From positions 1,495,520 through 1,559,519 of the forward strand of contig MU004193.1 in NCBI GenBank assembly GCA_010093605.1: a stretch of DNA of 64,000 bases, given 5' to 3'. Position 1 is the first letter of the stretch, and every line of letters begins with the position of its first letter. Under the pieces are notes generated by a model, which saw only the letters and a list, made by a program, of their open reading frames with translations, ran no database searches and was not told where the DNA came from. Below are positions 13,393 to 26,189 of the stretch, one piece after another. This DNA is from Lophium mytilinum (lineage: Eukaryota). The translations under genes and the position numbers were made by a program.

Positions 13393-16300
13393 GTTTACAC
13401 ACTTCCTCCAACAATCTCGGCGAACAATAATTCTACAGTGATGAATCCAACGGTGGGGGGTCTAGTCAGAGGTCTATCGGGGTCTGCTGGCAGTATACCG
13501 CCCAGCGGGAAAACAGCCAATGCAGGTCTATCCAACACTGCTCTTGCAGAAAAGGGAAGACAGGGCAGTGCGGGGAATTGTACAGTAGGTGGGAGGTGTA
13601 TAGTAGGTGCAGGTGCAGGTCGAGGTTGTGGGTTCGGGTAGGGTGTAGTGGCAGGTGGGTTGCTTGCATACAAATGATAAAATAGCTCGGTAGCTGGCGA
13701 GTTCTAATCGCTCCACGTCAACCCAGACAACAAGACACCAGGCACCGCAGCTTGAAGAGAGCAGACACGTACCTTTGATGACAGCAGATGGCAGCGGAGC
13801 AGTTTGATGTTGGTTGAGAGGATGCACAGTGCAGTGTCGCCATCCATGTCGGTTTCTAGAAGACGCAGAGGAGGCGCTAATATGAAAAGGGGATTGGTAA
13901 TAGAGTGTCTTCTCCTTTCCCATCCAATCTACGACGGCCGTGCCTCATTCACTCCTTGCAATCTCGAGTCTTCTACGTGTTATGTCTTTCTACACATTCC
14001 AGGCTTCCAGCCATCTGTCTATGGTCTTAGAGCCTTTCCATCTATACGCAGCTGTGATGGCTACCCGACTTGCTTCCGGCCAAACCGAAGTCGTCTCGAA
14101 AGATACACCTGCCGATCTCAATTCGGCCGAAAACCTCAGACAGCGTGCTCAAAGCATATCTGAAGGTGGAGGTCATTAGATGGAGATCTGAAATGAAGGT
14201 CACGGGTTTCAGGCTCGTGCTGCTAGACTTGTCGTGTTTTCAGATGCATTCCAAACGATATTTAGTCCGTTGTGTCCCTGTTTGCTTATTCTCATCCAAC
14301 AAAATCACGTTGGTGGCGTTTGCACTGGATGACCAAGCCTGTCATAGAAGCATGTTCATATCACTCAGGCACCATCCGCATGAACGAGCTGTCGGCGGGA
14401 ATAGTAGCAGCAGTCATCAGATAGAATTTTGATCAGCCTCAGCTCCCCTAGACCTGTGTGGTTTCAGGTCCACCGATTTCCAAATCGCGGTGAGCACATG
14501 TATCCTTTTCAAATAGCAGCTAAATCTCAATGCGGAGTGTTCTGCGATTGTGTGGGTATTTGTGCAACGTACGACGTGCTGGATTCAGATGACAGGTGTT
14601 CCAAGGTTGCCAGCTCGTTCGGGTATAACCATGTATTCATTTCCGTATAGACCAGATCACCCGAATACGATATTCACATCTCTATAAAGTTCCCTATCTT
14701 TGGATCGGACCTGAATTGATATTCGAAGATAATGCTAAGTTGCACGTGACTCTCGGACCGGAATAACTCTCCTCCCTTAAAAACCCAAAACGCTCCCCGC
14801 TTGCAGCTCGTCATCTTGACCCCTCAGTCTCGAAGGTCTCCTCAAGTCCTGAAACTTTGCTTTGCGAGACAAACCGAGAGCTTGATGGATCTCAGCCGAA
14901 ACTCATGCCCCTAGGTCGCCTCGACGACTTCGGGGGTGCATTGCGCATGTCCGTAAGCGTTCCGATACTGTCCCTCCACCAGTACCTGAAGCTGACATCG
15001 AGCTCTACAGGCCATCGGAGGCTCAATATGCCAGCACGTAAATAATCGATACCGATTGTGCGAAGATGACACTTGGTAGCTAGCTTCGACTTCCCTCAGC
15101 GGCATGAAAGGATTCCAGAGGAATCTCCCCGGACAAATCTCGATCAAAGAACGAATAAAGCGAACAATATAGGCACATACTGAGACTCACGGGAACAATC
15201 CCTATAGTACGCCGCTATAGGTGCCACCACGGCTATAAATGAGCGCGCACCGGTGCTGGAAGGTAACTCTTAGGCATATATACGGTAGGTTTTGCGGACA
15301 ACCGCTTCTCGAACGAATGTGACTCCGAATAGGCGGTCGTAGGTACGAGTTGTAGTGAGTGAGCTACTAAGTCTGATGGCTGTACTACATTATAGTCGTT
15401 GTAGGGGGGGTGACTCGTAGGTGCTTGTTGCTTGATCCTTTATGGTCAAAGTGACAATCTCATGGTCGTGGAGAATCGGAACTTACCAAACAACTCGGAT
15501 TTAATAGCACATTCTCATGCACTGGTCCAAACCCTTAAAGCTACCAGCGGATAAATGCCATTTAGTGTTACCATGCACGGGTTGCAACCTTCGCAAAGCT
15601 GACCGGATAAGGCGTCCGAGTCTGGTAAACGAGGGTCGTGGGAGGATTCACCCCTTCCTTGGCCTACCGGGATATCTCTGCGGATTCTGGTTCCTGATAG
15701 GCTGATGTTCTAATGACCAAGTCCGTACATTTGTAGCAAGTTGAGCTCGTGAATAATAGCGAAGTGAATAATAGCAGAGCGAACGTCGAGTGCGCAGCGA
15801 ACCACAAGATTAATATTCAAACAAGCTTTGAGAACCAGCATTCCATCCGCACATGCCCCATCGGGTCGTAGATAGCCCTCGCAAGCGCCATCTCGGGTTC
15901 GCATTACTCGGGCCAACGTTCAGACCGGCAACCAGGATTCGTCGTATCCAGCTCGGGCTCCGTGTCCTTCACCCAATCGCGCCCACAGCCACCGTCTCGG
16001 CTGGCCACGCATCCGCCCAAGCCTTCCCCGATGCAGTGATAACCCGCTGGCTTTGTCTTTAAGCGACCCGCGCGAGGATTCAAGGCGTGCGCTTAAATCA
16101 CGCCTAAAATTCACTACTATATCATGACACTCCCCACGCGCCTGAGGGGCGAGAGTTACGTCGCAAGAGCGAGCTTTGCGCATTCACAAAGAGCGACGTC
16201 ACGACGGGTTCTTCTTCTTTTCAAACGGTTACAGTGTGACGGTGACGCTCCTTCTCTTATCTATAGATAGCCTTGCAATCCGTGTTCTCTTTTCGAAGAC

Positions 16301-16451
16301 GTCAGTTTCGAGCTATTCATAGCCTTCTCCTGGAGTCTAAGCCATTCAGCCATTCAGCCATTGTTCTTTTGTACACTCACCTCAACGCTCACCATTCATA
16401 ACTCTTTTCAAATCCCACCGGCACCAGCGCTGAAGCGCATCCATCACCATC

Positions 16452-17614
16452 ATGTTGTCCCTTACTGCCACTGTTATCGAGCTCGTCGCCCGCAACAGCA
16501 GCAAACCCGACTACGCAGCGATCCGCAACTATCGCGACCACTGTACTCTCAGCACATGTAAACTGTCAGACTCATACTGGGGCTACCGGCCCTCTCTCCC
16601 CGCCAATGCCTTCTTCCTCGCCATCTTCGCCATCTCCACCGGCCTCTACCTAGTGCAAGCTCTGCTCTCCAAACGCTTCCTCGGCTTCACAATCGCCATG
16701 GTCTCCGGCTGCCTTCTAGAAGTAATCGGCTACGTCGGACGAATAATGAGCTACTACAACCCCTTCAAAGAGGTAAACCCACCCCTCTCCATTTCCCAAC
16801 CCCTCACGAACTTTACTAACCCACCCACCCCTAGCCCGGCTTCCTCATGCAAATCGTCTGCCTAACCATCGCCCCCGCCTTCATGGCCGCCGGCATCTAC
16901 CTCTGCCTCTCGCGCATCGTCATGACCTTCGGCGCCGAAAACTCGCGCATAAAACCCCTCTCCTACCCGCGCATCTTCATCCCCTGCGATCTCATCTCCC
17001 TCCTCCTGCAAGCCGCCGGCGGCGGCCTCGCCTCCTCCGCCTCCCACACCAACAGAAACCCGACTCCCGGCAACAACATCATGATCGCGGGCCTCAGCAT
17101 GCAGGTCGCGACCCTCTTCATCTTCATGATCCTCGCGACCGACTTCGGCATCCGCACCCTCAACCGCGTGCGCAGGCTGGGCAAGGAGCAGGCGCTGGAC
17201 CCGACGCACGCGCGGCTGCGCGCGAGTTGGGCGTTCCAGGGGTTTTTGGTTGCGTTGGCGTTCGCGACGCTGTGTATTTTCACGCGGTCGGTGTATCGCG
17301 TGGCCGAGTTGAGTGAGGGGTGGAATGGGCATTTGATTAAGACGCAGAAGTACTTTATTGGGCTCGAGGGCGCGATTGTGGGGTTGGCCGTGTTGGCGCT
17401 GAATGCGTTTCATCCGGGCTTGTGCTTCAGGGAAGGGTATGCTGAGAGGGCGCGGTTGGGGTTTGGAGCGCAGAAGGGGGTGGTAAAAAAGGAGAATGTG
17501 GGTGGCAGGACGTGGTATGGGAAGAAGAGGGTGGGGCGGAGCGCGGAGCAGCAGCGGGAGGAGGGAGTGGTGGGGACGCCGGGAAGTGAGGAGGAGGTGA
17601 AGGATTCTTTGTAG
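16452..17614 (+). CDS. RTA1/Rsb1-family lipid-translocating exporter-like membrane protein, intron 16773-16834
   Basis: YxPSLPAN, LEVIGYVGR, QIVCLTIAPAFMAAGIYLCLSRIV, FIPCDLISLLLQAAGGG, RSVYRVAELSEGW, FIGLEG..HPG are RTA1 motifs. Confidence 0.93.
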
Positions 17615-18007
17615 AGAGGGATCTTTGGGGTGGGGAACGTAGAGGTTCAGGAAGAGACATTTAAATACCTCGTTCCAGTATTGGAATCACTACTTCATGT
17701 GCTGTGCATGAGGACGGTATGAAGGCTTACTAGTATATACTTTTTCAATACCCCATATAAGTTAGACGCATAGGAACCAGAATTGCTCAACCTCTGGAAT
17801 TCTTAGATCGAAAACCTTGGCCAACGGGAAAGGCTTAAAAAGATAATGCTGATCGAAGTCTCCCAAACGACGCGGTTAATTTAGGACGCACGACATGCTG
17901 CAGAAATCTGCTCGGTCTACGTTTATCAAGCTGTTTCCAACCATACCGTCTAACGGCTAGTTGTCTCAAGAGTTGTAAGGGTACCTGCAGGTGGGAAAAG
18001 TTCAATA

Positions 18008-18344
18008 CAGTAAAACCTGAGTATAGAGTTTTCGGTGGATAGTGATATACTCTATAGAGTGATAAATTTCGGCTGACGGTGGAAATTTGTATGGGTATAG
18101 TAATATCCTTGGTTACTGTGGTATCACTAGTACCCTCTCACGAAAATTATACTAACCAGGGGGGTTTTTGTATGGGCGGGTGGTCCGTGGCACCTCCGAC
18201 CGTCCCCAAAGACCCCTTAATCTCGCTCTTTTGGGGGCGGATGGCTTACAAAGCGCTCACACGTGACTATTGTTACAGTGATACTCTCTGTACAGTGATA
18301 CGAAACCTCGCAAAAAACCGTATCACTATACCGAGGTTTTACTG
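18008..18344. mobile_element. 337-bp MITE, Tc1/mariner (pogo-like) type, TA target-site duplication
   Basis: Left end TA|CAGTAAAACCTGAGTATAG; reverse complement of the right end TA|CAGTAAAACCTCGGTATAG. Repeated AGTGATA/TATCACT motifs near both ends. No transposase. Confidence 0.88.
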
Positions 18345-18797
18345 TACTGCCAAGCAAAATCTGCATCTCATCAAATCTCAGCGCCACACGTACGCAGTCA
18401 TCGATCTTCTATCCAACTCTTTGTCATTTCTTACTTAGCGACCAGAATTCTATCTAGAGTCTTTACCCAACAGTCATATATGGCAGCTGTCATCGTTTTC
18501 TTCGCTATCCAGATGTTTGTGCGATCATCACATTTTATGCTTTAGATTCTCCTTACCAAAGATAAACAAATGGCCGAAATCCGCAAAAAAGCTAAATGCT
18601 TTTTCGATCAGCCTTACTGCCGATATGCGAAAGGTCAGGTGTGGGGGATGCATGCCTTCATCTTCAGCTGAGCTATGATTCGCGCATCACGCAGGACAAA
18701 CGGGCTGAGCCTTTAGCCTTGTCGGCATTTCAGGCAGCTGCTCGACTTACCTGTGTCTACGGACCTTGGTCTCTTCTCTCTGCAAATACTCCGCAAC

Positions 18798-21753
18798 ATG
18801 GATCCTCTTGCGGCGCTCGGCCTGGCTGCTAACGTTATACAATTTGTTGACTTCACGTCAAAGCTCTTCTCTCAGACCGCCGCAATCTATCGTTCGGCCA
18901 ATGGCGTGTCTGGGGAGACACAGGAGTTGATTACGATAACCACTGGACTCCAAACACTATGCGCACGTCTTGCGTCACCACAGGAATTAGGTGGTTATCC
19001 GGCCGAGGATGGGCTAATGTCTCTGGCACAAGGCTGCAAATCAGCTGGCGACGAATTAGTCGTCGCTCTGCAGAAATTGAGGGCTACAGGGAGCCACAAA
19101 AAATGGGCGAGTCTTACTACTGCGTTGATCACCGTATGGAAACAGCCTCAAATCGACGCGATGAAAAGGAGACTGGAATTGTACAAATCTCAATTAGCGC
19201 TTCAGCTCACAAAACAGACCCAAGCACTTGTTACGTATGCTCCATCCGCAAAATTTAAAATTGCTAAGGCTAAGTCGCTCACGCGACAACAGGAACCAGG
19301 GATCCTCAATTCTCCACGCATTGCGGCTGCTACAAGACGAGAATCGACGAGCTGGAACTGATTTAGCCTCCCAGATTGCTGATGTGAAGGTCGAGATCAG
19401 TGCCACGTTTTCTCGCCTAGCGAAGGAGTTCGACGCGCAGACTCAGAAACACGATTCCAATAAAAATGGAAAAGGGAAGAAGGAAAGGTCTATTTCGGAA
19501 TCTTCGCTCAATTTGTCCAACCGTGTTCGCTCTCCAAATCCGGTCAACATCACTTTGGAAACCTCCAAACTTCTAGAATTCGAAGGCACGTGCAGTAAAA
19601 TAGGGACATCCTTAATCATATTGAGAAGTCTGTGTTTCCCAACGATGAAATTCCGCCACTCAAAGATTACGGGTGCCCATCCAGGGACGTTCCAGTGGAT
19701 CTCGTTGACGCATTTCATTCCTTGGTTGCAGGCTGATGATGATGCCATATTTTGGCTTAGTGGCAAGCCAGGGTCTGGCAAAAGCACATTGATGAAATAT
19801 CTGGCAGACAGCCCTGAGACTATAGCCCAGCTCGAACGATGGGCAGATACCAGAGAGCTAGTCACAGCAAGCTTTTTCTTTTGGGTTGCCGGGAACGAAA
19901 TGCAAAAATCACAAGAAGGCTTATTACAATCGTTATTGTATCAAGTACTCAGAAAACATCCAAAACTCATCCCTACAATATTTCCATCACGCTGGAACGG
20001 ACTCACAGCTCATGATGAGCCAGAGTCACAGCTATGGGGTGTTAGAGGAACAGCCAGAGTCGAGGAAGATGTTCTAGGACATCAATGGACACGAGAAGAA
20101 CTTTTAGCCGCTTTCAAACGGTTAAACGACCATGAGCTAGCGTCCACTAGGTTTTGCTTTTTTATTGACGGGCTCGATGAGTATGATGGGGACCACTCAG
20201 ATCTCATCACCGTTATTAAGAGCTTAGTGGATACTTCAAACGTCAAAATATGCGTCTCTAGTAGGCCTTGGAACGTCTTCGAGGAGGCCTTTGGCGCCGA
20301 TCCAATACACAAAATATACTTACAGAATGTCAATCGCGATGACATTCGACTATATGTTCATTCCAACCTCGAGCAACACCCAGAATTCCGGAAGATGATC
20401 GAACGTGACCCTCGGGGCGAAGAAATCGCAAGAGAAGTGGTCGACAAAGCTCAAGGGGTTTTCCTGTGGGTCTTCCTAGTCGTCCGATCGCTAGTGGAGG
20501 GACTCCGAAACTGCGACAGGATAGTAGATCTTCAAAGAAGAGTTCGAGAATTCCCTAGCGATCTAGAGGCATTTTTCATGCAGATATTCACCTCACTCGA
20601 CAGGTTTTACCACGTCCAAACTGCACGAGCGTTTCAAGTTGCGATTGCAACACACAAACCTTTGCCCCCGATCTTCTATTGGCTGATCGACTTGGAGGAA
20701 GAGGATACTGACTATGCCATTAAATCGGAACAGCAGCCTCAAGACCTGGAAGAATTCGAGTCAAGGAACCTGAACATACAAGTGAGACTGAATGGAAGGT
20801 GCAAAGGTCTCCTTGAGGTCACAACGAACGATGAGGAAGAGCTGCTGTTTCGAGAGCAAGTGGACTTCTTGCACAGAACAGTCAAAGATTTCCTTCTGAC
20901 CAAAGATATGCAAACGCTCATGTTAAGCTGGTCTGGCACTATATTTGACGCACATCTTGCTATTTGTAGAGCCATGCTCGCTCATATCAAGACATTAACG
21001 GACGGAGACGGAACCCTTCGCCTCGACAGACCTCGAAACTCAGCATTTTTAAACCTGATTGTTGCATTTTTCACGAACGCAAGGGAAGCCGAAATAACCA
21101 GCACCTCCCCAGGCCATCTCATCATTGACCTCGTAGACGAACTACAACGAGTACTTGCACGGTTTGTGAACAAAGACGGAAGCAAACCCGAATTCATGCT
21201 GTGGGAATCGTGGGGTTTCCAGTCATTCCTAGAACTCGCCGCGTCACAGAATCTCCAGCGATATGTCCTGCTGAAACTCAATCGACAAATAGACAAGTTA
21301 TCAAAAGCCGAAAAGGCTTCCCTCCTCGCCGCTGCTCTTGCGTCTCCAAACCCCTCTGCAACTATCCCTGAGCAAACCGTCCCCGACCGCAAACTCGTAG
21401 CGTTTCTTCTCCAGCACGGCGCAGATCCAAACCATACCTTCTTCAAACATCACACCGTCTGGAGCGACTTTCTTTTTCGCACCATTCGTTCTACCTATTG
21501 GCCCAAAGACCTGATCTACGAAATCCTCAAAGACCTGCTTCTTCACCGTGCTGAGTGCGAGAAGGGCCACTGTGAAATGATGCCGGGAACAGCGAAGGGA
21601 TTTATAGTGTGTAACGGATTGGAGTCCGTGGTTAGCAAGTTCTGCCACCCTGAGGATTCCGAAGAACTGCTTTCCCTAGCCCAGAGACCTGAAAAGGGGA
21701 AGGGCAAGGGAAAGGATAGGTCTTGGTACAAGAAGCTCGTTTCCTTTCGGTAA
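18798..21753 (+). CDS. NACHT-domain STAND NTPase (fungal NLR-like) with N-terminal helical (SesA/HeLo-like) domain, intron 19235-19292
   Basis: N-terminus MDPLAALGLAANVIQFVDF; P-loop GKPGSGKSTLMK; Walker B FFIDGLDEY; SSRPW, AQGVFLWV, FLHRTVKDFL; one ankyrin-like remnant LLQHGADPN. The GTATGC..CAG intron joins the two ORFs in frame. Confidence 0.92.
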
Positions 21754-22219
21754 AGGGACTGAACATACGCTCTCGTTTCTCATCCGATGATACCACGGAA
21801 GTTCGTCAAGGCACCACCAATCGGATATGGCCCGAATCTCAGCACTCGAATTCCATGACTCGTATGATCCATATGTTGCAAGCGGAGCGTTGACACCAGC
21901 TTGGACCCTACCAAGAGGAAGCGCTGACACACCATCAATTCCATTCGATACAATTGGAGGCGCATGCTTCACCTCCAAAACTGATCTACGGAACAAGTGA
22001 ACCACAACACTTTCATCGTTCAAGTCACCACTTATCTGATCTCAGAGTGCGGTACTAGCAGTCCAAACACTTTTGATAGCATTCATGATACAGACAAACA
22101 CCATCCCAGACCGATACCCAGAGTAAGGAAATGTGTCTATATCGATACACCAACTACCTTCAGTCCATATCATCCTCCCCGTCGTCTCCTACTAATCTTA
22201 TCTGTCATACCAAGTAGAC

Positions 22220-23769
22220 TTACTGCGTCTTCTTCACACCCTTCTCTACCCCCTCGCTGTATAACCACAGCGCCACAAACGCAATCCATCCGGCCACCGT
22301 GACCCAGATGCCTCCAATCCACACCCATGCCGCGCTGATGTTCCAGCTCCGCGGCCACTCGTCGTGGGCAAAGTGGCGCACCGTAACTTGACGCTTCTCG
22401 TCTACGGACGTTAAGAACGGGCGCTTGTAGTTTACGCGGAAGTTGAAGATGCCGTGTTGGTCTGGTAGGACGAAAGAGGTACCGAAGATAGTGCTGTTGG
22501 CGGTTTGTGCGAGGGGCGTAAGGGAGAGGCGATGGAAGGGGGAGAGCATGCTAAATTCGAGTTGGACGTCGTCGGCTGTGGGGGGTACGAAGGGGGAGAG
22601 GTGCGTGGATGTGTATTCGGAGATTTCAATGGTGTAAGACTGTGTTAATCGTCAATATCAGTAACTGTAAGGGGACGGGGACAGCAAGAAGGGGGGATAC
22701 ATACCACATCCGTCTTAATACGGTAGATTCCCGGATTGTGCTCCGGCACGCCCACAGCGCTCTCATTGACATTCTTCTTTCCCTCATTCAGATAATGCTG
22801 CAGCCGTCCCACCTTCAGCACACCGGTCTCCTTGAACGTCCACTCTGACACCTTCGCCGCGAACGCCCGATTAGCTGTAGTCGTCTGTTCCTTGCTACCA
22901 ACAGCGCCGATTTTAGCATCGAACCACTCGTTCTGCAGCATCTCCACGCTCCCAACCACCGTGAAGCGAGCTGAGTTGCGCGCCTGCATCGCTGACACCA
23001 GGGATAATTGTTCGCCGACCGCGAACGGGTCTTCCACGATCTCAGCTTCATCCTTGGGGTTGTAGCTGTATGCGGAGCTCCCCGCGCGCAGAATAGGCGC
23101 GAGATGCGGAGTCGTGTTTCCAAGACCCTGTCCGACAGCGCGGGGGACAGCAATGGTGCCATCGACCTCGAAGTAGTTCTTCACATCCGCACGCAGCGCC
23201 TTCGGGGCCGGAACCAGTAGCACATCATGCTTCTCGCCCGCCGAAACGGTGTCGTAGTTAAAGTGATCGATAACGAGGGCGTTGCGGTCGGTGGGCAGGT
23301 GGATGTCGAGTTCGAGGAGCAGCGAAACGATAGCGCTTGGGGTGGGGTGGTCGGCGGAGAGGGTGAGTAGGACGTTGCCGTCCTTTTTGAGGAATTCGAG
23401 GAGGAGCTTCGGGGTGAGGGAGGGACCGAGGCCCTTAGTCTTGGGTGGGAAGAGAATGAGGTGGTCGTAGGCGCGTTCGCCGTGCTTGAAGATGGACAGT
23501 TTGTCGTTTTTGGGAGACTCAAAGGAGAGGGTATAGCTTCGACCTGGGGAGCCGTATTATTAGAATCATTCAAATACAAGGAGAGAAGAGATTGAATTGA
23601 GGAAATATTGGAATTGTGAACACTTACCTCGCAAATCATCCCAGAATTCCGAATACTTGTCCTTCTCCGCCAATTCTTCGAGCACAACGAGTAACCTACT
23701 CCCGCTCGAACTCAATGCCTGCACCGCTCCCAGCAGCGCCAGCACCAGGAAAGAAAAAAGCCAGCGCAT
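22220..23769 (-). CDS. WBP1: Oligosaccharyltransferase beta subunit (Wbp1/OST48), 2 introns
   Basis: Signal peptide; SAMQARNSARFTVVGS, WTFKETGVL, YRIK, MLSPFHRL, LPDQHGIFNFRVNYKRP, VRHFAHDEWPRSW; C-terminal TM helix plus KKxx ER-retrieval signal (VKKTQ). Confidence 0.96.
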
Positions 23770-24036
23770 GGTGACTGTAGTGTGTCGTGTGGTGTTCTTG
23801 GTCTATCCAGCCTGAAGCGGGAGACGTATGCATTGACGGAGCTCAATTTCGCCAAGCCCTCCTCGAGATCCCCGAGCTCTCGCCGACCCACTTCACCCAA
23901 ACCACCAACCTCATACCCTCACCTCCAAACTACTCCCCAAGCTCGCCACAACCTCGATTCCGCCGCGGAAACCCCCAATCGCACGCCGGTGCGTCTGCTC
24001 AACCACCCTCCCTCTTCTCCGACGCCGGAATCCGCA

Positions 24037-24355
24037 ATGTCGACCGCCGGCCCCTACTTCTTCAAGCAGCCGCTCCGCTACATGCGCTGGGCCGCCCACG
24101 AAAAGCCCGCCATCTTCTACTCGATGATCGTCGGCTCCCTGGGGCCAGTTAGTATGGTGACTGTGCCGCCGATTCGGAGGTACTTTGGGGATGAGAATGC
24201 GCCGAAGATACCGCTTACGTATCCGAGTATGTATACCTGGGGGAGGTTGGCTTGTCGAAGTTTTGAAAGGATAAGCTGGGCTAGGAGATCACGCGCTAAT
24301 GGTGTATGTAGTACCGAAAGGACCACGGCAGATTCCGGAGGGGTATGATGATTAG
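24037..24355 (+). CDS. NADH:ubiquinone oxidoreductase 9.5-kDa accessory subunit (NI9M/NDUFA3-like), intron 24227-24311
   Basis: Spliced product MSTAGPYFFKQPLRYMRWAAHEKPAIFYSMIVGSLGPV..IPLTYPIPKGPRQIPEGYDD matches my recollection of the fungal 9.5-kDa subunit. Confidence 0.9.
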
Positions 24356-24852
24356 ATGCGGGGGTGAGAGGGGACAGGCGATTGATATCACGCTGAGGTA
24401 GCACTGAGCGGCTGATAGATGGAGGGACAGGAGGATTGACTACTGTACAAACATTGCCGAGTCAGGCAGCAGCTTGGTTTGAGCTTGAATGCATCCAATT
24501 CCACCCCAACAAACCAAAGATCCAACGAAGTAGACAATTTAGTGGGGAGCCAATATCAACCAGAGACCTTTTGGCCGCCAATGGCAGAGCACCATTAACG
24601 CCGGATCAGCATTGACAAAACCAAGAGAAGACAGAACCGACAAAAGGACCAATATCAAGGTGGGGGCTTTTGATCGCTGACAACATTTGATAGACACCGG
24701 AATGAGCTCAAATGTCCAGGACAATCGCCCAAAGTCGCCTTGATCCGAACCAACAGCAAAAGAAACCAAGCAGAACAGAGGAGTTTCAACAAAACCTTGA
24801 ATGCTGAGAGGTGAGCTGATTTGCTGATGGACCAGCTCCCAGCATTCCTCCC

Positions 24853-26189
24853 CTACTCCCTAGCTCTCTTGTTGTCCGCATTAGCGTCCAAGTCCTCGTC
24901 CCAGTCGACCTCATTCTCCTCAGTTTCATTCATCTCCTCTCTCGTTCTCTTCTGCCCCAACATTGGTCCCTTCTTCACCCACGGAAAGTCGGTTTTGTCC
25001 ACGACGGTGCACGTTAGCCATGGAACGCTGTGTTTTCCCATGTCCAACGCGCTTTCGCTCTCCATTATCCCACTCTTGCTAACAGTCTCCTTGATAACCT
25101 CCTTCAGTTCCAGCAGATGGTTCTCGAACACATTCTGCCCCTTCTTCGTCATCGGGAAGTTCCGAAAGAACGGCGCAATCGTCTGCCGGCTGAGATACTT
25201 GTCTCCTGCCTCGCTCAGCTGCTTGTACAGCGCAAATCCGCCATCCTTGGCACGCAAGGTCTTTTCCTGGATGACATGCTGTATCAGCCACTGCCGGAAC
25301 AGGGACAAAGCCATCCACATCATGATGTCCGCAGCGTAGGTGTCGCGCTTCACTGGGGCCGCACCGGGCGGATGAGTGATGCCGCCGGGGTACATAACCC
25401 CCATCTGCAGCTCGAGCGCACGACGCTGACGACTAAGACGGTCAGCGTGCTTCACACACACGCGCTTGACGTCCTTCCCGAGCGTGCTCTTCTGCGTCGA
25501 GGACCACTCGTTCCAGCGACCGACGAGGTGCACGACTGCCTCCTTGAAGATGATCTCTGACGTGATGCGCACGGCGAGATCGACCCACTCGAGCGGGTTG
25601 TTGGCGATGGAGCGGAAGAGCACCTGACCCTGCTTGACGAGCGCGAGGTCGATGTTCTTGGACACGGCGGCGACGGAGCCAAGGTACTCGGCGACTTCGA
25701 TCAGGCCGACGGCGTCCTCGAGCGCGGATTGGATGCTGAAGTCGTTGAGGGTTAGCTCCTGGCCGTAGAAGGTGCCGATGATGCCCGTATAGTGGTCGAA
25801 GTACTTGGTCGGGACCTTGCCGTTCTCGTTGAGCGGGATCATGGTGCCGGAGGAGTCGCTCTGGATCAGCTGGCCCATCGTGTCGAGTTCCTGTACGTAT
25901 ACTGTGTTAGCTTCTTGTCCGAGAGCTTCTGGTCCTGCTTAGGGGGACTGCTTACGCGTGTAACTAGTCTACCAACGCTGTTGCCATTGACTCCGACGCC
26001 GCGGAGCTCGATGCGCCAGCGGATTGTCACGCCCTGCTGCTTAGCGCGCTGGCAGAGGAAGGCCGAGAGCTCTTGTGTGAGGATGCTGGCGAAGCGCTTG
26101 GAGTGGCGGGCGAGGACGCTGGAGTGGAGCGGTAGGATCTTGTCGTAGGCCAGCACGAGCTGGACGTCGGGGGCTGGGTCCATGCTCAT
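24853..26189 (-). CDS. BTB/POZ-like domain protein, 1 intron (~25953-25891)
   Basis: DVQLVL..LHSSVLARHSKRF N-terminus typical of fungal BTB domains; LIEVAEYLGS, IFKEAVVHLVGRW; GTAAGC..GCTAAC..CAG intron. Confidence 0.8.
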
